This document shows positions 16,756-25,253 of a stretch of 36,552 nt of DNA, piece after piece. Position numbers and translations under genes: made by a program. The stretch is from a virus: UHGV virus genome UHGV-0029170. The stretch is one strand, 5' to 3'. The notes under the pieces are model-generated. The model did no database searches. It was given only the letters and a program-made list of their open reading frames with translations, and was not told the origin of the DNA. Every line of letters starts with the position of its first letter. The stretch's first letter is position 1.

Positions 16756-17393
16756 TTGTGATTTTTTGTAGATCTGTTTTAGGTATTCACCCTCCAGGAT
16801 CTGCAAGTCAAGCAATGCCGCTTCTCGATTGTCGATTTTATACAATTCAAAGAACATAGGCAATGTATTATAGTCCAGCCCCGTTGGGCCATTCATCCCA
16901 ATGCGCCATTGCGTTTGCATGGCCTGGAATAGTTGCCAACTTTGGGCGGTCTGCTCATCGAAGAAAATTTCCTCTAAATCAGCCTCGTAATCCGATCGCC
17001 GTAAACCATACTCAGCAAGCTGGCGATCGGTTAACTCAGGCTGAAGCGTTAGATAAACAGCCCGCCTTAGACTTTTGCACGATGCCCGGCAAGCGCGGCC
17101 ATGTACGTTTGAGGCAATGCCATGACAAAGGAAGGGTAATGCGAGCACAGCCAGGAAATGTTTTCATCCGTAAATTCTTCGTCAAGATCCCAGCCTTCGG
17201 CCATGAAGCGGATAAAATCCACGTTACCTTTCGGCGCTTTTTCTTCGCTTTCATAAAACTCCTTCATTTCATCGGTGGAGTGATGTTTTACCGTCATGTT
17301 GATGGTTGCATCTTTGCCATCGGGGCAAGTGAAAGTTACCGGAAGTTTGAAGGAAGGAAGCTCTCCGCCAATACGAATTTTAAACTTAGCCAT
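16753..17393 (-). CDS. Tail assembly chaperone GT-like fusion produced by programmed -1 frameshift (predicted)
   Basis: ORF 16753-17148 is in the -1 frame relative to G and overlaps its last ~80 nt, arrangement conserved in siphovirus G/GT pairs; candidate slip region GCA AAA G just before the G stop; exact site not verified. Confidence 0.45.
17067..17393 (-). CDS. Tail assembly chaperone (lambda G-like)
   Basis: ATG at 17393 with AGGAG RBS (MAKFKIRIGG...); directly upstream of tape measure; overlapped by -1 frame ORF 16753-17148. Confidence 0.65.
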   Translation of the reverse strand: MAKFKIRIGGELPSFKLPVTFTCPDGKDATINMTVKHHSTDEMKEFYESEEKAPKGNVDFIRFMAEGWDLDEEFTDENISWLCSHYPSFVMALPQTYMAALAGHRAKV

Positions 17394-17469
17394 TTTATAA
17401 TCTCCTGATTGGTATGTATTGAATGCTATTATGCATAAAAAAAGGCGAGGCACAAGCCCCGCCAGTTAA

Positions 17470-18126
17470 TTAAGCGTTGGTTACAGGTAAGAAAACGTGC
17501 GAACCTTTAAGCGCAACGTTAAGGGCCACGGTTTCCATTTCGTTGACAGCCGTCGACGGGATATCATCGAAGGAAGCCGTTCCAGACCAATAACGAACTT
17601 CCGCCGCTCGCGGTACATACATGTACATCGCTTTCGCCTCTTTGCTCGCATCGGCAGCACGCAGAACCGGGTAGATCGCGTTGTCGTACTCATGCGCAAA
17701 TTGGTAGTTTAGCGTTACCGCCGATTTGTAGGTCGGTTCGGACTGCTCGCGTTCGTCGCTCAGGCACTGATAGTTATAATACTGCTGCTCGTTACCATCC
17801 TTACCCAAATCCTGAATGCATGGCAATTCGATCCAGTCAGAGATTATGCTTACGCTGCCAGTTGCCGCAGTGGGGTACTTGTTGGCGTCAGAAGTGTCGA
17901 ATTCTTCCAGGGTCGCAACACCCGCCGCCACTTCTTTAACGCGAGCCACCTTGTTCACAAAGTCGCTCCAAGTGCAATCGGTGAAGATTACAACATCGCC
18001 AGCCTCAAGCGCGCCAGTAGCAACCGTGATTTTTGGGTTTTTCGCGTCGTTAGTCATTGCGGAAAACGGGATCGCCGCCCCGCGTGCCTTCTCAAAGAAG
18101 ACCTTAGCACCGTTTGGTAAATGCAT
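17470..18126 (-). CDS. Major tail (tube) protein
   Basis: ATG at 18126 with GGAG RBS (MHLPNGAKVFF...); 218 aa; position between tail completion genes and G/GT. Confidence 0.65.
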   Translation of the reverse strand: MHLPNGAKVFFEKARGAAIPFSAMTNDAKNPKITVATGALEAGDVVIFTDCTWSDFVNKVARVKEVAAGVATLEEFDTSDANKYPTAATGSVSIISDWIELPCIQDLGKDGNEQQYYNYQCLSDEREQSEPTYKSAVTLNYQFAHEYDNAIYPVLRAADASKEAKAMYMYVPRAAEVRYWSGTASFDDIPSTAVNEMETVALNVALKGSHVFLPVTNA

Positions 18127-18281
18127 ATTCAATACTCCTGTTTGATGTTTGGTTAACCTCACCATTATGCCCGCTACTTAGCTGGAAGGCAAGAAATTAT
18201 AAGCACCTCGAATCGCCATGCGTAGCGTCACCACCTCCATTTCATTCACTGCTGCTGGCCTCAATAAAAATCTTGCTCCCG

Positions 18282-18716
18282 TTAGGTAAGTGCATAACCG
18301 CTCGCCTCCATTTTTTCACATCTTACCGTAAAGCGAACGGGGAGGAACCACCCGGTTTGCGCCTTCTGCACGCCGTGAACCTCGGCCCACTCGCTTACAT
18401 AAAGATTAATTTCTTTTTCGCCCAAGATTTTACCTTCAGGGAAGTATTTTGCAACATTTTGCGCGATTAACCTTGCTGCGTCGGTGCCAGTTCCGGGTTT
18501 AAAGATCACATCGACCTGAACCAGCCCCAGGTAAACGCGACACTCCCTGGAGAGGCTAACAGATCGGGAATCCGCTTCGACGTATGAAAATTTAAGATAC
18601 GTGTCGCCGTTGGCTGGCGGCGTAAAGTCAACGTTATCGCTCGCGATCTTAATCCCGTTATCGGAGGCAAATTTAGCCGCCGCTGCCTTGCATTTTAACG
18701 CAATATCATAGTGCAT
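18282..18716 (-). CDS. Putative tail terminator / tail completion protein
   Basis: 144-aa ORF immediately upstream of major tail gene; assignment by position only. Confidence 0.35.
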   Translation of the reverse strand: MHYDIALKCKAAAAKFASDNGIKIASDNVDFTPPANGDTYLKFSYVEADSRSVSLSRECRVYLGLVQVDVIFKPGTGTDAARLIAQNVAKYFPEGKILGEKEINLYVSEWAEVHGVQKAQTGWFLPVRFTVRCEKMEASGYALT

Positions 18717-19182
18717 TTTTCGCCCTCGCTCGTTTGATTGCTTCAGTCACATATACGCCTAATCGGATCGCGACTACTCCCATAACGCCATTCGGCGCTT
18801 GTTTTGAGTGTCCGTATTCGAGCGCGTTAGCATAGATTAGCATGTTACTGAACCAGATCGAAGTAATCCCGGCTCCCTTTGTGAACAGCGCAATGTTCGC
18901 GTTACCGTTCTGGATAGTCTTCGTCCCGGTCTGGTCGTATGCGTTGATTGCGTAAAGAGGAGCGCGATTAAAAGTAATTTGCCAGTTACCACGGAAGCGG
19001 CCTGTATCGACCGGAGAGCGCATCACAAGATCCTTTAGGATATCCTCGCACGTCATGCGTACAACGTCCTCCAGTGCGTCACCAGCCGCCTTGCACCATG
19101 CATCAATAGCCCCCGTGAACTCCCGGATGGTGTAGTTAGCCATAAGTCGCCACCCTTCGCAAAACTGGGCGGTAGGCAACAA
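18706..19182 (-). CDS. Neck/tail completion protein (HK97 gp10-like)
   Basis: Motif SPVDTGRFRGNW resembles the conserved DTGxLRxSW of the HK97 gp10 family; start possibly at internal MANYTIREF (19143). Confidence 0.5.
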   Translation of the reverse strand: MLPTAQFCEGWRLMANYTIREFTGAIDAWCKAAGDALEDVVRMTCEDILKDLVMRSPVDTGRFRGNWQITFNRAPLYAINAYDQTGTKTIQNGNANIALFTKGAGITSIWFSNMLIYANALEYGHSKQAPNGVMGVVAIRLGVYVTEAIKRARAKNAL

Positions 19183-19513
19183 CGGTTCCGGTAGGTTTTA
19201 CCGGGCGGGCATTCACTACGCGGTATCGCTCTCCGTCAACGTCGATTTCGTCACCTTCCATGATTGGTACGTCGTGAGTGAAGAAGCCGCGCTTGTCGCC
19301 AGCGAGGATAGTTTCTCCGTTGATATCGCGATCTTTGATATCCCGCACCGCACCTTTGATTGTGGTCACAACCTCGCCAGGGATGATATCCTCCCCGGTT
19401 TCGGGGTCGATGCCGCCGCCAGCGCCTTTGGTGTACTTGTTGAATACGCCATCGGCATCGCTGAAAAACTTAATGCCCGCACTCGCGCGGGCCTGAATTG
19501 CTTTGTAGTTCAT
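19136..19513 (-). CDS. Head-tail joining (head closure) protein, putative
   Basis: ATG at 19513 with GGGAGG RBS; position between connector and gp10-like genes. Confidence 0.4.
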   Translation of the reverse strand: MNYKAIQARASAGIKFFSDADGVFNKYTKGAGGGIDPETGEDIIPGEVVTTIKGAVRDIKDRDINGETILAGDKRGFFTHDVPIMEGDEIDVDGERYRVVNARPVKPTGTVVAYRPVLRRVATYG

Positions 19514-19518
19514 GGCGC

Positions 19519-19935
19519 TTAACCTCCCATGCCGCAACGATGAAGACCGCCAGCGGTAATAAGGCCGAAGCCGCCGCCGCGCATTTTCAGCATGCGCCAG
19601 TACATTTTACCCCACGGAGTTGATAGCATTTCGTTATCACTAGCCGAAGACACGCGATCGAACGTTTGGGAAAACTCCCCGGTCAGGGTGAATGACGCTA
19701 CACGCTGCGAGTATGATTCAACGCTTTCGCCTTCCTGCTTCATTGCGCCGTCCAGAAACATCAGATGCATGGTCATCAGCGCCAGCGCTGTAATGATCGA
19801 ATCGCCGAACTTAGACGCGCATACGAATTCCTCAGCCAGCACAACCCACGCGGTTAACAGTTCTTCCGGCACTTCTTTAAGCGGCGGCGCGAGGCTGCGC
19901 ATTTTTTCGATCACATCTTGAATCGTATAATTCAT
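19519..19935 (-). CDS. Head-tail connector / adaptor protein, putative
   Basis: 138-aa ORF following the capsid gene block; positional inference. Confidence 0.35.
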   Translation of the reverse strand: MNYTIQDVIEKMRSLAPPLKEVPEELLTAWVVLAEEFVCASKFGDSIITALALMTMHLMFLDGAMKQEGESVESYSQRVASFTLTGEFSQTFDRVSSASDNEMLSTPWGKMYWRMLKMRGGGFGLITAGGLHRCGMGG

Positions 19936-19985
19936 GGTCTTTCTCCAGATATGAAAAAGGACGCCGTAGCGCCCTTGTTGTTTTT

Positions 19986-20294
19986 TTATTCGGCGCTCGT
20001 AGGCTGCACGATGTTTTTTGCTTTCGCTTTCACTGCTGCGATGTAGTCGCGAGTGCGGCGAATATCATCGTGGAATTCTACGCGGCCTTTGAAGATATCG
20101 TGGCGGAATCGGTTAACTTGAGACTCTTCGATCTCGAAGGTTTCGCCCGGCAGCACTTTCTTGCCGTCGAACTTAATCAGGCAAGCACCCACGTTTTCCA
20201 TTGTTACCATATCCGGCTTCGCGGTTTCCGGCTGTGAGGTTTCCGGCTTTTCGTTGATTTCCGGTTCGATGGTAGCAGTATCTTTTTTAGCCAT
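19986..20294 (-). CDS. Hypothetical structural-region protein
   Basis: 102-aa ORF between major capsid gene terminator and connector gene. Confidence 0.35.
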   Translation of the reverse strand: MAKKDTATIEPEINEKPETSQPETAKPDMVTMENVGACLIKFDGKKVLPGETFEIEESQVNRFRHDIFKGRVEFHDDIRRTRDYIAAVKAKAKNIVQPTSAE

Positions 20295-20354
20295 TTTGTA
20301 TCTCTCCTGTTTTGGTTAGGTTTGATTTAAACACAATGAAAGGTTTTTCGCAAC

Positions 20355-20380
20355 AATAAAAAATGGCCCGAAGGGCCATT
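20355..20380 (-). terminator. Rho-independent terminator after major capsid gene (minus strand)
   Basis: Minus strand: ATGGCCC-TTCG-GGCCAT followed by TTTTTTATT, 5 nt after the stop at 20385. Confidence 0.7.
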
Positions 20381-20384
20381 CTAA

Positions 20385-21326
20385 TTACACGCCAGAAAGA
20401 ATGGCGATGGTCAGCGGACGATACACGATGAGGCCAGTGCATTTGGAGGTGCAAGGCACTTTGAAATGCAGGTCTTTCGGCTGCATCGGCAGCATGTTGA
20501 AGCGCTCCGGAATCTCGATCGACATATTCATCGGATCTTTTTCGTATGCCAGCACGCCTTTAGTACCTGCGCCATCGATATCTTCCAGTTCCGCAATCGC
20601 GGTGATGGTGATATTCGGGTAGTTCTCTTTGAACCACGAGAGGTAACTTTCCGTAACGTCCGGCATTTTCTGCGTCAGCAGACGGCGCTTGGACGGCGGG
20701 ATCACGATGTTGGTAACATGGTGACGACCCAGCGTTACATCTTCGATCGTATCGATCAGATCCTGCAACTCGCTGAATGCGATTTCCGGCGTAGTCCAGC
20801 TTGCGGAGGTCAGGCGGTTAATGTTCGGCTGATCGAACACGCTAACGATGTTGTGCGGCGCGGAACCTTTGAACACCAGATCGTTAACAAGGGTTTCATG
20901 ACCTTCGCGAGCAAGGGACGCTTTGCGGTCGCTCAGGCTGGAACCAAGCGCCTGACCAGCTTTGATCTCGTCGATGGAGATAAACCACGCGTTACCCAGG
21001 CGGAAGACTTTACCAGTTTTCTCGGACGCCATCGCTTCAACGGTCGGCAGGTCGTCGGTATAATCCGCGATGATTTTCGCAGAGGTCACGCCGTCGAATT
21101 CCAGCCATTCGAAGTTTTTCGTTACCGGACTCAGTTCGGTAGTAACCGGGAAAAGCTCCAGCACACCAGTTTGCGGATAAGCCTGCTCGTACTGGCGATT
21201 TAAGAGTTGGGTAAGCTGATTAACAGTCCAGATGCCGTGCGCATCGAGTTTGTTAGCGTCGATGCCCATACCCTGCATCGCAACCTTGATTGCATTCTGC
21301 TCGAATGCATCTAATTTCATAGTCAT
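20385..21326 (-). CDS. Major capsid protein
   Basis: 313-aa ORF flanked by strong hairpin terminators, after decoration and scaffold genes; positional and size inference. Confidence 0.65.
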   Translation of the reverse strand: MTMKLDAFEQNAIKVAMQGMGIDANKLDAHGIWTVNQLTQLLNRQYEQAYPQTGVLELFPVTTELSPVTKNFEWLEFDGVTSAKIIADYTDDLPTVEAMASEKTGKVFRLGNAWFISIDEIKAGQALGSSLSDRKASLAREGHETLVNDLVFKGSAPHNIVSVFDQPNINRLTSASWTTPEIAFSELQDLIDTIEDVTLGRHHVTNIVIPPSKRRLLTQKMPDVTESYLSWFKENYPNITITAIAELEDIDGAGTKGVLAYEKDPMNMSIEIPERFNMLPMQPKDLHFKVPCTSKCTGLIVYRPLTIAILSGV

Positions 21327-21407
21327 GTGAAACTCCTGTTTGTGTGTTTTGACTTAACGAGATGAAGAATAGCACGAATTGCTAAACGGTCAAAGGTTTT
21401 TTTAACG

Positions 21408-21436
21408 CATGAAAAAGGGGCCGAAGCCCCTATTTT
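21408..21436 (-). terminator. Hairpin + U-tract after decoration-protein gene
   Basis: GGGGC-TTCG-GCCCC (21417-21430) with T-runs on both sides. Confidence 0.55.
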
Positions 21437-21949
21437 TTACTCGCCACCAGCGGCGGGAGCGACTGGCGCGGTTGCATCCTGCGTTAGCTGGATTTTCACC
21501 AGGATATCGCCATCTTTGTTTTTGAACCACTCGCCAGTGTGAGTGTACCCGGTTTTGATTAGGCCAGCATCGCCTTTTGCTACGGTGCCATCAGCGCCGA
21601 AAGTTACCAGCGACTTAAACGCGCAATCTGCTGCGGTTACGGTAGATGCAGCGCGACACCACACGCGGCCATGCGTCATAACGTTTACGGCGGAATACTG
21701 GTCGTATTTGAATTCCGGCGATTGGTAATGGGAATGAGTGGTTACGCCCACCAGAACAGCATCGGCAGTTTTAGCGGTATCGACCACTTTATGACCATCA
21801 ACAACGCCACCGGACAACGCGACCAGAACGCCAGTTAAAATGTCATTTGCAGCAGCACAGGTGCCGTCGATGTTGTACAGCGAAGTGTCGGCGATCTGGC
21901 CCGGAATGCAAATATCGCGCTTGCGGGTATAGGTTGCAGGAATTGCCAT
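21437..21949 (-). CDS. Head decoration / accessory capsid protein, putative
   Basis: 170-aa Gly/Ala/Thr-rich ORF between scaffold and major capsid gene; positional inference. Confidence 0.4.
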   Translation of the reverse strand: MAIPATYTRKRDICIPGQIADTSLYNIDGTCAAANDILTGVLVALSGGVVDGHKVVDTAKTADAVLVGVTTHSHYQSPEFKYDQYSAVNVMTHGRVWCRAASTVTAADCAFKSLVTFGADGTVAKGDAGLIKTGYTHTGEWFKNKDGDILVKIQLTQDATAPVAPAAGGE

Positions 21950-22000
21950 GATTAAATCTCCTTGATTTGGATTTTGTAGCGGCCCGAAGGCCGCACGGTA

Positions 22001-23131
22001 TTAGTTACGGAATTTGGCTTGCGGGTCGATGATGTTAGAACCATCGAGTTTAGGCGCGCCTTTTTTGTCTTCCTGCTCACCATCTTCTTTTTTGGCGAAG
22101 ACTTTAGAGCGATTGCTTGCCATCTTATCAGAATTGGCGATAAAGTCAAAAGAAGCGTCGATGTACGAATCTTCTTTGTCTGACAGGTCGCGTCCATCCG
22201 CTTCTTTGATGTAAGCAACTTTCATCGCTTTAACGTCCAGGCCGTCGCACTTGATGCCAGCGGCGGAGACGATCGCAACAACTTTCTGCTTCGCGTCTTC
22301 GTCAGCTTTGATTTTGGCAACGCGTGCGGCCACTTCGTCTTCAATGCCATCAACTTTGGTTTGAAGCGCGTCGCGCTCTGCGGTGATGCTCGTTACCTGA
22401 CTGGTTGCGGTTGCGATCTGTGCATCCAGTTTTGCGATATGTGCGCCTACGTTATCGGCTACTTCGACGTCTACGCCGTCAATTTTGATAATCATCGTTT
22501 TAGCTCCTTTGTGGTTTGAGTCGTCATCATAGGGAAATTCTTGCTCACTATCAAGATTTAATTTCGCAATTCCTGCGCGGCCACGAAAAACAAGCGCCAC
22601 ATGGTTAACGCGAATCTTCGTTTGCACCGCATCAAAGCGAACCCAATCAGAGACGGAATCATTTTTCAGTTCTTCGAAGTTTTCCGGTAGTTCTTCATCG
22701 AAGTAGTATTCGCCAGTCGCGTTGTTGCCCCAGCCTTTTTTGTCGATATCAATCGAGGTGTACCCAACGGACAATTCAGCCGCTACGCGCTGTTTCGCCT
22801 GCTCGATCGACTCCCCATCGTAAATCATCACCGGAACCAGAACCCCGATCCCGTCCTCTTTGCCAGCGCCGGAACAGGAGCCGACCACTAGCCCTTTTGC
22901 GTTTTTGGCATTGACCATCTTGTGACCCAAAGTGATTGGCTTGCCCTGGTATGACGCCAGCGATTCAGCGTCGAACACTTCGGATCGCGGGCGAAACTCA
23001 ACGCGCGGGCCGTTCGGAGTCTGGTAGGTCTGTGCGCCGATACGCGCAACGATCGGGGTATCGACCAGAAAGCCGTTCTCATCAAAGCGGGCCTTCACCT
23101 TTACCGTGTCGAATCTTTGAACTCTTTTCAT
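22001..23131 (-). CDS. Prohead protease / scaffolding protein, putative
   Basis: 376 aa; N-terminal globular part then charged Ala/Lys/Asp/Glu-rich coiled-coil region (...AKIKADEDAKQKVV...) typical of scaffolds. Confidence 0.5.
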   Translation of the reverse strand: MKRVQRFDTVKVKARFDENGFLVDTPIVARIGAQTYQTPNGPRVEFRPRSEVFDAESLASYQGKPITLGHKMVNAKNAKGLVVGSCSGAGKEDGIGVLVPVMIYDGESIEQAKQRVAAELSVGYTSIDIDKKGWGNNATGEYYFDEELPENFEELKNDSVSDWVRFDAVQTKIRVNHVALVFRGRAGIAKLNLDSEQEFPYDDDSNHKGAKTMIIKIDGVDVEVADNVGAHIAKLDAQIATATSQVTSITAERDALQTKVDGIEDEVAARVAKIKADEDAKQKVVAIVSAAGIKCDGLDVKAMKVAYIKEADGRDLSDKEDSYIDASFDFIANSDKMASNRSKVFAKKEDGEQEDKKGAPKLDGSNIIDPQAKFRN

Positions 23132-23904
23132 TGTAATTCCTCTACGTTATTAAAATCGGGAACCGCCCAGCAACGGCAACCGTACTCCTCGCCGGGAAAA
23201 ATGCCGTCACCGTTTACGCGGCGTCGCTTACCTTCTAGTTTGATGTGGCTTTCGCGTTCGCGGTCGTCCATCATGCCGAACCAAAAGTAATGCGATACTT
23301 TAGCATCTTTTAGGCGCTGCATCATCAACATACTGTTAAAACTTCCGACAATGCCGATCGCCCGGTTGCGCGACCAACTGCCATAAATAGCGTATCGGCC
23401 CTCGATGATTTCATCGATCTGCTCGCGAGTCTTGCCGATGTTGTTGGCGGTTCGAACTTTCGTTGTCCAGTCAGCGACGATATCGGCTGTTAACTTCTGG
23501 ATTGAAGCCTTTGCGGTATCCTGCCATTTCTTCAGCGCCTGCTGATACCATTGCTCATAACCACCAGCGCCGAACTCCTTCAGCATCATGACCGCTTCAT
23601 TATCGCGCCCGCCAGCCGCCAGCGCAATAACCAGCCATTGCTTAGAGTTGAAACGGTAGATTGTCAGACCAATGGAGGCAAGCGCCGCAATGACGGTGAC
23701 AAAGAACGCAATCGCCGCCTCGTTGATATCGTCTTCCGCCTCGTTAATCTCCTCAGCCGTGGCGTCAAACTTCAGGCGGTCTAACCGATCCCGCATTTCC
23801 ACGACCAGATCGGTTGTCGCGTCCTGCATCAAGCGGGATAAATCCCGCTCGCTTGCTTCAGGATAACGCCAGTTTGGAATTCTGCCGTTAACTTTCATCG
23901 CCAC
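23128..23904 (-). CDS. Minor head / head morphogenesis protein
   Basis: 258-aa ORF overlapping portal gene end, conventional position of head morphogenesis protein. Confidence 0.5.
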   Translation of the reverse strand: MAMKVNGRIPNWRYPEASERDLSRLMQDATTDLVVEMRDRLDRLKFDATAEEINEAEDDINEAAIAFFVTVIAALASIGLTIYRFNSKQWLVIALAAGGRDNEAVMMLKEFGAGGYEQWYQQALKKWQDTAKASIQKLTADIVADWTTKVRTANNIGKTREQIDEIIEGRYAIYGSWSRNRAIGIVGSFNSMLMMQRLKDAKVSHYFWFGMMDDRERESHIKLEGKRRRVNGDGIFPGEEYGCRCWAVPDFNNVEELQ

Positions 23905-25207
23905 CCTCCTCGGTGTTATTCAGGATCTGCGTGCTTTGCGTTTTGGTCTTGCCTGACCCTGGCGTGCGATCCGGTAGCTGCTTCTGTCCCGGCGCATTGC
24001 CCTTCAGTTTCAGTTCTGGAACCATTGCGGACAGGGTATCGCGCGCTTCGTTCGCGTCAATGACCTGATCTGTAACTAGTCCTTGCACTGCTTCGGCGTT
24101 TTTCTTAAAGATATCAGCCTTCTCTGAATCTGTCGGAAGTGACAGCGGTTCGAACTCTACGCTGAAGTCTTCCTCAGTGACGATGAATTGTAGCAGGAAT
24201 TCTAACAGCGGTTTGTAGTCGCCGTTGCGCTTCCGCTCCACCAGCTTATAAAACGTCTGCAACGCAGTGTTTTGACTGGCACTAACGCCGCCTGTGTTTT
24301 TGTTCTTCAGCACAATTTCGTGAATACCTGACAGCGCGACAATCCGATCCATTTTGGCGGAAAGGAATTCCGGAATGCCTGAAATATCGGAGTTGATAAC
24401 GGTGTAATCCTCATCGGTCGCGTCAATCCCGATCGTGTTGCCAACGCCGGAATTCGCGTCAACCTGGGCCATGCGCAATCGGGCCGCGTATTCGCCTTCC
24501 TTGTCGTCGCAGATTAGAGCAAGACCTTTGGCCTTCCATACGCCCTGCTGCTTACGCTTCAGCAACTGCGTTGCGAGGCACTCCGAATAATCGTAATCAA
24601 GAATCGCTTCAATCATCGACTTGTTCAGCACCGTGCCGCCAGCGCCCTTGTTGAGTTTTCGCACCTTGTTGGTTACACGCTCGCCGTCGATGTAGTGCAT
24701 GCGGGTATAATGCACGTTAAAGTCGCTTCCGCCGTTTAGAGGCTTGACGGTGTACATTTTAGGCTTGCCGAATCGTGGGCTTCGCGGGTTCTTCTCCTCC
24801 TCCGCTACGGACACCGAATCGTAGTCGTAAACGACAATTGATTCCAGCGGCTTACCGCGCTTCGCGGCTGAAGTCAGCATGCGGCCATCGTTAACCATCG
24901 CCAGGACGTAAGAGCCACCATACAGGCGCGCCCAGCAGAGGGCATCGGTGATTTGCGGCTCAAGTTTAAGGCCGTCCCACTCTGACTGGAATTTCGTATT
25001 ATCGGAGACGCCGTTAAGCTGGAAGCCGGGCGACACCATTTCTTCCGGGATCACGTCAACAATCTTTTTCGCCAGTCCGTTGCTGTGATAGAACTCCTCG
25101 ACTTGCGACATATTCCCGAACGTGCTTGCAATCATCGCCGTGGTTGACGCGTACCCCGCGCCACCATTGAAGATCTGATTGTAATCATCCATCTTGATAG
25201 CTTTCAT
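23888..25207 (-). CDS. Portal protein
   Basis: 439-aa ORF immediately downstream of large terminase gene. Confidence 0.75.
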   Translation of the reverse strand: MKAIKMDDYNQIFNGGAGYASTTAMIASTFGNMSQVEEFYHSNGLAKKIVDVIPEEMVSPGFQLNGVSDNTKFQSEWDGLKLEPQITDALCWARLYGGSYVLAMVNDGRMLTSAAKRGKPLESIVVYDYDSVSVAEEEKNPRSPRFGKPKMYTVKPLNGGSDFNVHYTRMHYIDGERVTNKVRKLNKGAGGTVLNKSMIEAILDYDYSECLATQLLKRKQQGVWKAKGLALICDDKEGEYAARLRMAQVDANSGVGNTIGIDATDEDYTVINSDISGIPEFLSAKMDRIVALSGIHEIVLKNKNTGGVSASQNTALQTFYKLVERKRNGDYKPLLEFLLQFIVTEEDFSVEFEPLSLPTDSEKADIFKKNAEAVQGLVTDQVIDANEARDTLSAMVPELKLKGNAPGQKQLPDRTPGSGKTKTQSTQILNNTEEGGDES

Positions 25208-25253
25208 ATTTTAACCTTGTGTGATTTGTGGGCCGTTAAGCCCACATTATGTA

